From: a virus
Lineage: Duplodnaviria > Caudoviricetes
Direction: 5' to 3' (one strand)
IMG/VR virus record: IMGVR_UViG_3300021400_003144
DNA: 64,000 bases
A model generated the notes under the pieces. That model worked only from the letters and a program-made list of their open reading frames with translations, did no database searches and had not been told where the DNA came from. Position numbers and translations under genes: made by a program. This document shows positions 32,244-41,193 of the stretch, one piece after another. Position 1 is the stretch's first letter, and each line of letters begins with the position of its first letter.

Positions 32244-32711
32244 ATGGGAACAGATAAGAAAAAGACTACCAGTGAGAGAAATAGAGAGTACTATCAGAAG
32301 CATAAGAAAGAGATTAATGAGAGACATAGAAAATACTACTTAGAGCATAAAGAAGAGATTCATAAGAAAAACAGAGAGTATAGAGAGGCTCATAAAGAGG
32401 AAAAAGCAGCTTATCAGAGAGAATATTATGCTAAGAATAAAGATAGGGTAAAACAAATAGTTTATAAGAGCATAAAGAATAGACCTGATAAGATTAAAGA
32501 AGCTAATAAGAAATATTATGAGAAGCATAAAGAAGAAATAAAAGAACATAATAAAAAGTATTATGAGCAGCATAGAGAAGAAATAATAGCTAAGAATACT
32601 GAATACTATGAAAAACATAAAGAAGAGCTGAAAGAGAAGAGAAAGAGCAGAAGTGGAAGTGCTACAAGCAGAGAGAAGCTTAAGCTATTTGAAAAGTACA
32701 TGGCTGGTTGA
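32244..32711 (+). CDS. Lys/Glu-rich repeat protein (YYEKHKEEI repeats)
   Basis: About 7 imperfect 15-residue repeats. Confidence 0.65.
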   Translation: MGTDKKKTTSERNREYYQKHKKEINERHRKYYLEHKEEIHKKNREYREAHKEEKAAYQREYYAKNKDRVKQIVYKSIKNRPDKIKEANKKYYEKHKEEIKEHNKKYYEQHREEIIAKNTEYYEKHKEELKEKRKSRSGSATSREKLKLFEKYMAG

Positions 32712-32729
32712 GTTTAAAGAGGTTCAGAT

Positions 32730-33767
32730 ATGAAGAAATATGTAAAAGCTTATGATTCAAAGACTAAGAGTTGGGTAACAGTAGAGGAAATTGCTAGGGC
32801 TGATAGATATGATAAGCCTCGTTATTATTCAGATTGTAACTATGATAGTGACTCTGGAGAAATACTTACTTATGTAAAAGAAAGTAAAGAACTTTATGGA
32901 AAAACAAGTGGCAAAGCTTATGTGAGATGTGCACACTTCAGAAAGTATTGTAGCAATAGTGCAAAAGAGAGGGCACAGATAAATAAATATGTTGCTACTC
33001 AGGAAGAGCATATTAATAAAATAGCTAAGAGCATAGGAAAGAAAATTAAGCAGATTAAAATTCCAGATATAAAGACAAGTGTTCTTGGGGAAGAGTTTGA
33101 TTTATTTAATAGTGGCTATGTTGATGTGACCTATGTAACTACAATAAAAGAAGGTGAGTCAAGTAGTGAAATACCAACACTTGTGTTTGCAACAAAGTAT
33201 CTTGGTGTTGTAGAAACAATCTATGTAAGATTGTTCTATAACAATGAGATGTCTGAGGATAGACATAAGTGGTTACTTGATAAAGGTATAAATTGTTTGG
33301 AAGTAGACATAAGTGAATTGAGAGCAGACATTAAGCAATCATATAAGACATTAAGTAATAAGATATTGAAAGAGATAGTATATAACAGCTATTGGATTTC
33401 AAATGCTTATAAAAAGTCATTTGAAGCTGAAAGAGATATGACAATACTTGATATAAATAATAAAAATATCTTAAAGAAGTCTGATTATGGCAAAGGAAAA
33501 GAGAATAGGTGCTACTTCTTTAAAGACAAGTACAATGAGTTAGCAGGAAGTGATTGTTTAAGTGTAGGAAAAAGACATTCAGTTGATATTTATGAATGTA
33601 AGGATTGTAAGAAGTGCATCTGTATTAAAGATATAGATAGTGATGATATTAATAATGTCCATGTGTATTGTTTTAAAGGTGATATACCTGAGACAAAGTT
33701 AAACATTATAAAGACTATAAATGAAATAAAGCAGACAGCTTTAAGATATTTAGAGCAGAAGTATTAA
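32730..33767 (+). CDS. Hypothetical protein, possibly a CoiA-like nuclease fold
   Basis: AHFR and GINCLEVDIS motifs, C-terminal Cys cluster; family call is weak. Confidence 0.4.
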   Translation: MKKYVKAYDSKTKSWVTVEEIARADRYDKPRYYSDCNYDSDSGEILTYVKESKELYGKTSGKAYVRCAHFRKYCSNSAKERAQINKYVATQEEHINKIAKSIGKKIKQIKIPDIKTSVLGEEFDLFNSGYVDVTYVTTIKEGESSSEIPTLVFATKYLGVVETIYVRLFYNNEMSEDRHKWLLDKGINCLEVDISELRADIKQSYKTLSNKILKEIVYNSYWISNAYKKSFEAERDMTILDINNKNILKKSDYGKGKENRCYFFKDKYNELAGSDCLSVGKRHSVDIYECKDCKKCICIKDIDSDDINNVHVYCFKGDIPETKLNIIKTINEIKQTALRYLEQKY

Positions 33768-33774
33768 GGATGAG

Positions 33775-34302
33775 ATGTTTATTAGTATGGATAGGATAAA
33801 TAAATTGAATATATTAAACAAATTAAAGATTGCAGTAATGATTATTATGTTAATTATTCCATTCATGTTTCTTTCATTTTGTGTCAATAATATTAAAATT
33901 TATGACTTAAAATCAAATGAAATGGTCATTAATAGAAATTCTATTCTAGTTAGTATAGATGGAGAAAAATATACTTTTAATCCTGATAATAGATTAGAAT
34001 ACAAGTTGATGGAGAAAGATCATTCTGTAGAGTATATTGTAGCTGAAAAAGGTGCTGGTAATACTCATAAGTTTAAGTCACAGTCTAATTTCATTGATGA
34101 TAAAGGTGAAATTAAAGATTTTATCAATAAAGATGGAACAGATATAAGTGCTGATAGACTTAAGGAAATTGATAGAACAGCATTAAATAATTTTACAATA
34201 CAAATTACATTTGCTTGTGCTATAATGGTGATAGTGGTATTCATATTATTAAAGTTCATATCATTTTTAGATAAAATTCAACTTAAGGAAATATTGAAGT
34301 AA
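33775..34302 (+). CDS. Two-TM membrane protein (paralogue of 34315)
   Basis: IYDLKSNE, EKDHSVEYIV, FIDDKG, KDGTDIS..RLKEI. Confidence 0.7.
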   Translation: MFISMDRINKLNILNKLKIAVMIIMLIIPFMFLSFCVNNIKIYDLKSNEMVINRNSILVSIDGEKYTFNPDNRLEYKLMEKDHSVEYIVAEKGAGNTHKFKSQSNFIDDKGEIKDFINKDGTDISADRLKEIDRTALNNFTIQITFACAIMVIVVFILLKFISFLDKIQLKEILK

Positions 34303-34314
34303 GGGGTAAGAACT

Positions 34315-34869
34315 ATGACTGAGCTAATAGAAGAGAAGGGCAGAGATGAATCAGAGAAATTTGGATTAGAAAGATGGTTAGACAGTTCTAGTCTTTTAGC
34401 ATATATAATAGCAATGATGTTCGTACTTACACCATTTTTTGTTATATTTCATGAAATGGTGAATGGGAACATATATAACTTAAATTCAAATGAGATATTG
34501 GTTTATGAACATGCAGTGGTTAATGTGGATGGAGTTGAGTCTCTTTTCCTAAAGTCTAATAGGTCTGAATACAAGGCATCTGAAAAAGACCATGATGTAG
34601 AATATATAGTAGGTAATAGACATGATGGCAAACTTTATAACTTCAATTCACAATGTTTTATAGATGAAAATGGTAGGTTTAAACAGTTTATCCATAAGGA
34701 CGGAACAGATTTAAGTGGTGAGAGACTTAAAGAAATTGAGTTTACATTTGTTAAAAACTCATTTGCAATAATGTTTAGAATATATACTATTGGAATTGTG
34801 TTAGTGCTAGTAATAGCAAAGGTTACAGAAATGATAGATAGAAAAAGACTTACAGGAAAGTGGTTATAA
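34315..34869 (+). CDS. Two-TM membrane protein (paralogue of 33775)
   Basis: IYNLNSNE, EKDHDVEYIV, FIDENG, KDGTDLS..RLKEI. Confidence 0.7.
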   Translation: MTELIEEKGRDESEKFGLERWLDSSSLLAYIIAMMFVLTPFFVIFHEMVNGNIYNLNSNEILVYEHAVVNVDGVESLFLKSNRSEYKASEKDHDVEYIVGNRHDGKLYNFNSQCFIDENGRFKQFIHKDGTDLSGERLKEIEFTFVKNSFAIMFRIYTIGIVLVLVIAKVTEMIDRKRLTGKWL

Positions 34870-34884
34870 CATAAATAAGGTTGA

Positions 34885-35224
34885 TAGAACCCTTTTATAG
34901 GGATTAACTGATATTAGCTAAAGGTAAGCATTTGAATTTGCTCCTTTTAGCATTGGAACCCTGTTATAGGGATTGAAACATACAGCACTATACATTGCAG
35001 AAATTTTCACAGATAGAACCCTGTTATAGGGATTAAATGCTTCAGATAGATTTGTAGAAGTCTAGAATTGTATAGATAGAACCCTTGTAATAGGGATTGA
35101 GTGTTTATAGACAAGGTAGTACCTTTAGGAATATGTTTAAACCCTGTTATAGGGATTGACTTATGATTGTACAATCAACGTGTAAGTATTAAGTATTTAA
35201 ACTGAACCCTGTTATAGGGATTAG
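34885..35224 (+). CRISPR. CRISPR array 2: 6 repeats, 5 spacers
   Basis: Mostly AACCCTGTTATAGGGATT; the second repeat ends in canonical ATTGAAAC (to 34979). Confidence 0.88.
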
Positions 35225-35225
35225 A

Positions 35226-35264
35226 TACACCTTTAAATCAAATGGTTTAAAGGTGTAATTTTTT
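35226..35264 (+). terminator. Rho-independent terminator closing array 2
   Basis: TACACCTTTAAA / TTTAAAGGTGTA plus T6. Confidence 0.85.
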
Positions 35265-35277
35265 GTGTAAAAATATG

Positions 35278-35306
35278 TTGACAAAATTATAAAAAAGTGA
35301 TATGAT
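35278..35306 (+). promoter_or_regulatory. Promoter of the cas operon
   Basis: TTGACA, 17 nt ending GTGA, TATGAT. Confidence 0.8.
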
Positions 35307-35349
35307 ATATAAAGAAATTAAGAGTTATGTAACTCAGAAAGGATAATGA

Positions 35350-37227
35350 ATGGTAGACGAAAAATGTAAAGAGCTTTATATAGCAGGTCTACTCCATGAT
35401 GTAGGTAAGTATATACATAAGACTAATGGCAATAAGGCTTCTCATGAGATATTATCTCAGTTGTTTATTTTAGATAATCCTGAGATTTGTATTGGGGCTG
35501 ATGTTGAGAAAATAGCTAACATTGTAGCCAATCATCATGACAGAGGAAAGTATGATAAAAGCTTTGTAGGAAATTTAAAGATAACTCCTGATAAAGTGGT
35601 GTCTGCTGAACTTTGTAAGAAAGCTTATGATAACTATAAGTTGGACTGCTATAAGAGTGAGATAGACATTATTAAAAAGGCTGATAGCTTATCAGCTTCA
35701 TCAGACAGAGCATCTGAGACTGGAGAGTCAGGAAATGGAACAAGTGCTCCATATGCTCCACTAATATCTCCTATTGGAAAAGTATTCAATAAGAGATTAG
35801 CAGTAAGACATGGTAATTCTTACTGTGTTTACAACTTTAGTGGGGATACTGATACTAAAGAAGTTATCATGGAGCTTGATAAGAATTGTGATGAACATAT
35901 AGAGAGTTCCTTTGAGTCTTTCATGAATGACATAAAGGCTATAAAGAGTCTGAATGACCTTGATGATATTCTGAAAAAGCATTGGTCAACTGTCAATGCC
36001 AATACATGGAGACCTAAGGGAGAATCTTTAGGAAACACAACTACTTCCTTGTATGACCATAGTAAAACTACAGCGGCTTTGGCTGTAGGGGCATATCTAA
36101 ATAAATGTGCTGGTGTGGCTGTGGATGATATGTTTGTTTACAGAGTAGTATACAATGGAAATAACAGAAGTCTTGAGGATATTGTTGATAATCTTTTGAA
36201 TGAGATTGGACTATCTCAGTTACATGTAATAAGTTCTACTGATGATGAGGTTTATGCAATTATACCTTATATAAAGTCATTAGAATTTGTAGAAGGTCTG
36301 AGTAAAGAGAACATAATATCTTTTAAGGATTTTGGAGAGACAATAGACTACTTTGTAGCTAAGCATTGGAAATTTAAGGGTTGCAGAGATTCTTTTAGAG
36401 ATAGACTTGGAGAGTGTCAGTATGGTATAACTAAAGTCTTAGGTAAAGTAGATGCAGGCATTGGAGCTGATACTTATATAGCAGATAGACTTGATAGTAA
36501 GTTTATAGGTGGCTATGTAATAGATGGTTATGACTATATACTTGAACATGTACTAACTGAGAATGACTCCATTAGTAAGCTGAGTACTACCTTTAGAATA
36601 TTTGAAGCATTTAATAGAGAAGTAACTAAACTTCTTGACAACAAGGGTAAAATGGTACTCAAGTCTGAACTTGATAAGACTATTTATTCAGCTGATAACA
36701 TTGAGGAAGTGCATAGGATTGAAGTAGAGATACAGTCAATATTTGAGAAGTACTTCGGAGATGCTACAGGGTTGTACTTTACATACTCTAAGTATGACAG
36801 ATATAGCAATACAGTAGAAATGTTGGACAGAGAATTTAATACTAGAGGTGCTAGTCTGAATATTGAGAAGAAGCTTCAGAATGGAGGTCTGTACACTACA
36901 GTTCTTATAGATACTAAGAGATATAAGATAAATAGTTTAAAGATATATAATGAATATGTTGGGTATCTGAGTAAGTGTGATAAATCCTTCTTGTATAAAG
37001 CAAAGCAGATGTATGATGAGCTGTTTAAGTATAACATTGATAAAGACCCTATACATCTTGTAGCTAAGTCAAGACTGTACTATATGAAGTCAAAGGCAGA
37101 TGGAAATAAGGTAAATGTACTTAATGAGATATATAAGTGTGCATTTGATTCTGCAAAAGGTCAGATTAGTGATAATGCATACATAATATATGAAGCATTA
37201 AAAAATGTGTTAACCAATGTGAAGTAA
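35350..37227 (+). CDS. cas10: Divergent, shortened Cas10/Csm1: HD nuclease intact, cyclase GGDD absent
   Basis: AGLLHDVGK, ANHH, KADSLSASSDR, SLYDHSKTTAALA are Csm1 hallmarks; no GGDD anywhere in 625 aa. Confidence 0.85.
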   Translation: MVDEKCKELYIAGLLHDVGKYIHKTNGNKASHEILSQLFILDNPEICIGADVEKIANIVANHHDRGKYDKSFVGNLKITPDKVVSAELCKKAYDNYKLDCYKSEIDIIKKADSLSASSDRASETGESGNGTSAPYAPLISPIGKVFNKRLAVRHGNSYCVYNFSGDTDTKEVIMELDKNCDEHIESSFESFMNDIKAIKSLNDLDDILKKHWSTVNANTWRPKGESLGNTTTSLYDHSKTTAALAVGAYLNKCAGVAVDDMFVYRVVYNGNNRSLEDIVDNLLNEIGLSQLHVISSTDDEVYAIIPYIKSLEFVEGLSKENIISFKDFGETIDYFVAKHWKFKGCRDSFRDRLGECQYGITKVLGKVDAGIGADTYIADRLDSKFIGGYVIDGYDYILEHVLTENDSISKLSTTFRIFEAFNREVTKLLDNKGKMVLKSELDKTIYSADNIEEVHRIEVEIQSIFEKYFGDATGLYFTYSKYDRYSNTVEMLDREFNTRGASLNIEKKLQNGGLYTTVLIDTKRYKINSLKIYNEYVGYLSKCDKSFLYKAKQMYDELFKYNIDKDPIHLVAKSRLYYMKSKADGNKVNVLNEIYKCAFDSAKGQISDNAYIIYEALKNVLTNVK

Positions 37228-37236
37228 GGAGTATAC

Positions 37237-37719
37237 ATGGACGATAATTATTTAAAGGAAATCAAGTCTGGATATACAGACAATGGTGTAGCTAAGCTGA
37301 GTCTGATTGATGGATATCCTCAGAAGTTAGCTAAGGAGTTTAATGAAGCAACTCCAATGTTGTCAACAAAGCAATCAAGAAGTATCTTTGATACTGTGAA
37401 TGGACTTGAGGTTAAGCTTCGTAGAAAGTCAGTATCATTTGATGAAGTCAAGATTGAACTTGGACTACTTAAGTCTAGAATAAATGATAAGGTTAATAAG
37501 GGAAGTATCCCTAAGGTATTCTTTGAGTTCTTTGAGGAAAATATTAAAGCCATTAAGAATGAAAAGGATTTACAGGTGTTTAAGATTCATCTTGAGTCAA
37601 TTTGTAACTATCTCAAGGATGATAAGCAGACTGGAAATAACGGAAGCTACAATAAGGGTACAGGCTATAATGGAAATTATAGACCTAGAACAAATGGATA
37701 TAATAACAATAGAAGATGA
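37237..37719 (+). CDS. csm2: Csm2 (Cas11) small subunit
   Basis: LSTKQSRSIFD and F..HLESICNY resemble Csm2 (T.Q.R.FF, F..F.EA...Y); lies between cas10 and csm3. Confidence 0.8.
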   Translation: MDDNYLKEIKSGYTDNGVAKLSLIDGYPQKLAKEFNEATPMLSTKQSRSIFDTVNGLEVKLRRKSVSFDEVKIELGLLKSRINDKVNKGSIPKVFFEFFEENIKAIKNEKDLQVFKIHLESICNYLKDDKQTGNNGSYNKGTGYNGNYRPRTNGYNNNRR

Positions 37720-37736
37720 AAGTGAGGATATAAATT

Positions 37737-38375
37737 ATGATTAAGGAGCAGATTAAGATTACAGGTGTACTTACAACAGAGTCAGGTATACATATTGGTG
37801 GTACTAAGTCAGACTTAGGAATTGGTTCTATGGACAATCCGGTTGTTAGAGATGCTCTTACAAATAGACCTTATATTCCTGGTTCATCCATTAAGGGAAA
37901 GATGAGAAGTATGTTTGAGCTTAGTGGTTTTGCTAAGGGCAAGACATTACCTTGTGGCTGTGGTGATAAGGATTGTATCGTATGCAAGCTCTTTGGTGCT
38001 CATAGAAATACCAAGTCTGAAGCAGGTCAGACAAGAGTAATGTTCAGAGATGCTTATTTATCACCAGAGTTTGAGAATCTTGATAACACTATTGAAGTTA
38101 AGACTGAGACAGCTATTGATAGAAGGACTGGTACAGCTCAGAATGGTTCTCTGAGACAGAGTGAGAGAGTTGCAGCAGGTGTCAATTTCAACTATGAGAT
38201 TAGCATTCTTGTATGCGATGGAGACAATGCTGATGAGCTTAGGGCTATGGTTGAGAATGGTCTTAGAATGATTGAGGCTACAGGTCTTGGTGGTAAGGTA
38301 TCAGCTGGATATGGTAAGGTTAACTTCAATATTGGTGCTGATTCTTATAAGGTAGAAACTAGGAAGTTTAATTAA
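37737..38375 (+). CDS. csm3: Csm3 (Cas7) backbone RNase
   Basis: GIHIGG, IGSMDNPV (catalytic Asp kept), PYIPGSSIKGKMRS, Cys cluster, ETAIDR, GLGGKVSAGYGKV. Confidence 0.95.
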   Translation: MIKEQIKITGVLTTESGIHIGGTKSDLGIGSMDNPVVRDALTNRPYIPGSSIKGKMRSMFELSGFAKGKTLPCGCGDKDCIVCKLFGAHRNTKSEAGQTRVMFRDAYLSPEFENLDNTIEVKTETAIDRRTGTAQNGSLRQSERVAAGVNFNYEISILVCDGDNADELRAMVENGLRMIEATGLGGKVSAGYGKVNFNIGADSYKVETRKFN

Positions 38376-38387
38376 AGAGGTGTACAG

Positions 38388-39089
38388 GTGTTATATAAAA
38401 TAGAACTTCAACAGAATACGGCTACAATAGGTAATGTTGTAGCCAATACATTATTTGGGGCTTTTCTAACAGCTTATTCAACTATATATACAGTTGATAA
38501 GGACATGATAGATGATATTGTATTATCTGATTTATTTTATAATAACATCTTACCTAAGGGTGTTATTAATAATAAAACAGTGTTCTCAAAGCCTTTTGAA
38601 CATACTCAGATAGAAATGTCAAGAGCTCTTATAGCAAGAGATAATGAATCAACTAATGTTGTAAATAATACTGTTGGTAATATTGATAAGAAATGTTCAT
38701 TCTTTATTAGTACTAAGTTACTTGATAAGAATGACATTGAGGAAATAGTCAAGCTTATGTGTGAGTTTGGTATAGGCAAGTGGAGAAATGTTGGTAAAGG
38801 TCAATTTGAATTTAAGAGCATAGAGGAATATGTACCAAAGACAGATGTAAAGAGATTTGTATGTTTAAGTAGTTTTATTCCGGACTGTGATATAAACGAT
38901 TATGACATCAGTTCTTTAGGTTATACAATTAGAGATGCCTATGCTACCAATGGTATTAAACAGAAGCAGACTATAATGCTTCTGACAGGAACAAGTTTCA
39001 GAACATTCAGAGAAGTTGTTGGAAAGCATGTATATGATGAGAATAGCAATACTTATATACATGGTAAATCAATAGTGATTGGAGTTTAA
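38388..39089 (+). CDS. csm4: Short Csm4 (Cas5) subunit
   Basis: NTLFGAF, LSDLF, glycine loop GIGKWRNVGKGQF. Confidence 0.8.
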   Translation: MLYKIELQQNTATIGNVVANTLFGAFLTAYSTIYTVDKDMIDDIVLSDLFYNNILPKGVINNKTVFSKPFEHTQIEMSRALIARDNESTNVVNNTVGNIDKKCSFFISTKLLDKNDIEEIVKLMCEFGIGKWRNVGKGQFEFKSIEEYVPKTDVKRFVCLSSFIPDCDINDYDISSLGYTIRDAYATNGIKQKQTIMLLTGTSFRTFREVVGKHVYDENSNTYIHGKSIVIGV

Positions 39090-39090
39090 G

Positions 39091-39717
39091 ATGGTTTATA
39101 GATTAGAAAAACTTATTTCAAGTGGAGAAAAAGCAACTAAGGATTTAGGTATTCTTAGCAATATGATATCTAATGCAGAGAATGTGCATGGAATCCTTGG
39201 AGAGCTTTTTAACTTAGAGAATGAGCAGAACTGGAGAGCTAATCATCATATTTTATACAGAAGAGAGACAAATAAGACTTGTGAATTTATTGTTAGATCT
39301 GATGTAGAAATTGATATGAATAAGGCTAAAGAGCTTGGTTTCAGTGTAAAGACAGAAAAAGAAGTTCCAATGACTGGTGTTGTAAAAATCAGACTTGCAG
39401 CGGCTACCTTTAGAACAGAGAAAGGCTCATCAAGTCGTAATAGAAAAGCTATTAAGCTTCAGGATGATAGAATTAACTGGATTAAGTATAAGTTATCCAG
39501 TAAGGGTGAATGTGAAGTTTATGATGTAAATGAAGTAGGCAAGGTAATGAATTTCATGTCTCATAAGGATACAGCTAATGGGCAGGTAATGCTTGAGGGT
39601 TATGATTATGAGGTTAGTCTTAAGGTCAAGGATTCAGAAGGGTTTAAAAAGCTTGTAGAGAATGGTGTAGGACCCAATAAAAACTATGGGTTTGGAATGA
39701 TAGTCTGTAGTGAATAA
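39091..39717 (+). CDS. cas6: Cas6 endoribonuclease of the Cas6e (Cse3/CasE)-like type
   Basis: H...ILYR, IRLAA, NWI..K, L.V.D...F..LVENGVGPNKNYGFGMI; ATG 39091 after GGAG (ORF track start 39079). Confidence 0.8.
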   Translation: MVYRLEKLISSGEKATKDLGILSNMISNAENVHGILGELFNLENEQNWRANHHILYRRETNKTCEFIVRSDVEIDMNKAKELGFSVKTEKEVPMTGVVKIRLAAATFRTEKGSSSRNRKAIKLQDDRINWIKYKLSSKGECEVYDVNEVGKVMNFMSHKDTANGQVMLEGYDYEVSLKVKDSEGFKKLVENGVGPNKNYGFGMIVCSE

Positions 39718-39736
39718 TGATAGTGATTGAACAGAA

Positions 39737-39765
39737 TTAACCTAGACTTATGTAGTCTAGGTTAA
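39737..39765 (+). terminator. Perfect 12-bp hairpin abutting array 3
   Basis: TTAACCTAGACT-TATGT-AGTCTAGGTTAA; no U tract; overlaps the first repeat. Confidence 0.5.
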
Positions 39766-40147
39766 ACCCTTATAATGGGGATTGTATATTGAAAGCATAT
39801 AAGTTTATGAATGCTCTTCCAATTAGAACCCTTATACAGGGATTAAATGTTGATGAACTCTTCCATTTCGTTGAAGGGTTTGAGAGAACCCTTGTGACAT
39901 GGATTGATACATTTGATTCTCCTTTATTCTCTATGTAGAGAACCCTTGTGACAGGGATTGATACATTTGGTAGTGACTTTAATTCTTTAAGCAATGAATA
40001 TCTGAACCCTTGTAATAGGGATTGAATTACTTTGATTTTAGCAATAAACTCAATACTTAGATCTAGAACCCTTTAATAGGGATTGCATTAAAAGCTTTTC
40101 TGCTAGTTACATTACAATATAGGGAGAACCCTTTTATAGGGATTGTA
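39762..40147 (+). CRISPR. CRISPR array 3: 7 repeats, 6 spacers
   Basis: Repeats at 39762, 39824, 39884, 39938, 40002, 40064, 40124. Confidence 0.88.
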
Positions 40148-40168
40148 TTAAGCATAGGAGGTGTATAT

Positions 40169-40876
40169 TTGAATAGAATTTTAAAAATAATAGTCATAAC
40201 TATCTTTAGTTTTATTGGAATATCAGTAATGAGCATAATTCTTTTAATAGGTGGAATACAGCTATTTGTACTCGGATACAACGGAAGTATTCCTGATGTT
40301 GAAGAGAGACCAAAGATTATTGCTCATGAACTAGGGAAGAAATACGGAGATAAGTTCGAAGTACTTAGTTGTGAGCAAGTAAATCTTGGTAGTTACAAGG
40401 TTGCTAAGCACGCAAATATTGGTGAGGCTAAGTGTTTGTCAGATGGAATTAAGTTTAATTATCAAGTAGATTTGAGATGTAGAAAAGATTTATGTGATAA
40501 TTACATTGGATTATTGAATGAACCAGTAATAATGGAGGATATAAAAGAGTTATTAAATGAGAATAACTTAGAAGAATATTTTTATAACTTAGAATTAGAT
40601 ATGAATTATTCATATGAAGCAAAGACATTAGCTGAGTATAAAGAAGATGAAAACATAGTAGTAAAAGTTGATACAGAGGTATATGATTCTGAGGATGCAG
40701 AAAACTATTATAGACTTTTTCATTTATTAAAGGACAATGGGTATGTATTTGATGCTAAGTTAAGAGACAGTGATAATAAAACATATCTAAGTGGTAGACC
40801 TTCAGATACAGATAAAGAAGCATATATAACTGAAGAAAGATTCAGGAATAAAATGGAAGATATAGGAATATACTAA
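40169..40876 (+). CDS. Membrane-anchored protein lying between arrays 3 and 4
   Basis: AGGAGG RBS, TTG start, N-terminal TM, L..KYG..FEV and DNY motifs. Confidence 0.7.
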   Translation: MNRILKIIVITIFSFIGISVMSIILLIGGIQLFVLGYNGSIPDVEERPKIIAHELGKKYGDKFEVLSCEQVNLGSYKVAKHANIGEAKCLSDGIKFNYQVDLRCRKDLCDNYIGLLNEPVIMEDIKELLNENNLEEYFYNLELDMNYSYEAKTLAEYKEDENIVVKVDTEVYDSEDAENYYRLFHLLKDNGYVFDAKLRDSDNKTYLSGRPSDTDKEAYITEERFRNKMEDIGIY

Positions 40877-40900
40877 TGGTGATTTAGTATGTTCTGTGAT

Positions 40901-41049
40901 AAGAACCCTTTTATAGGGATTGATACTTGTAAATTTTATTCAACATACACATTTTAGAAATATTCGTGCTGAACCCTTTTATAGGGATTGTATAATCATA
41001 ACTTCAGAGTTTTCAAGGGCACAGTTTGAACCCTTTTATAGGGATTGGT
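40901..41049 (+). CRISPR. CRISPR mini-array 4: 3 repeats, 2 spacers
   Basis: Three identical cores GAACCCTTTTATAGGGATTG. Confidence 0.85.
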
Positions 41050-41056
41050 GAGCTAT

Positions 41057-41111
41057 AAATAAGTTGGTATAGTACTAGGAAATTAATCTTAGGCTATACC
41101 AACTTATTTTT
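41057..41111 (+). terminator. Rho-independent terminator
   Basis: AAATAAGTTGGTATAG / CTATACCAACTTATTT. Confidence 0.8.
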
Positions 41112-41129
41112 GTGTAAAAATTTTAAATT

Positions 41130-41162
41130 AGTATTGATTTTTATAGATAAAGGTGTTATAAT
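41130..41162 (+). promoter_or_regulatory. SigA-type promoter (recurrent motif)
   Basis: AGTA-TTGATT, 17 nt ending GTGT, TATAAT. Confidence 0.78.
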
Positions 41163-41193
41163 ATATTATATAAAATGTATTTGGAGGTAAAAG

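Noticed and set aside
32244-32711. HNH homing endonuclease
   Set aside because: Only the charged repeats are present; no HNH or Cys motif
39770-40281. Minus-strand ORFs with repeated SIPVTRV / IPIKGF peptides (also 30019-30249)
   Set aside because: These are translations of the CRISPR repeats
40993-41025. Spacer antisense LENSEVMI resembling IENVEVMN in the adjacent PNKP
   Set aside because: The invariant DRG just upstream is not matched and nucleotide identity is low
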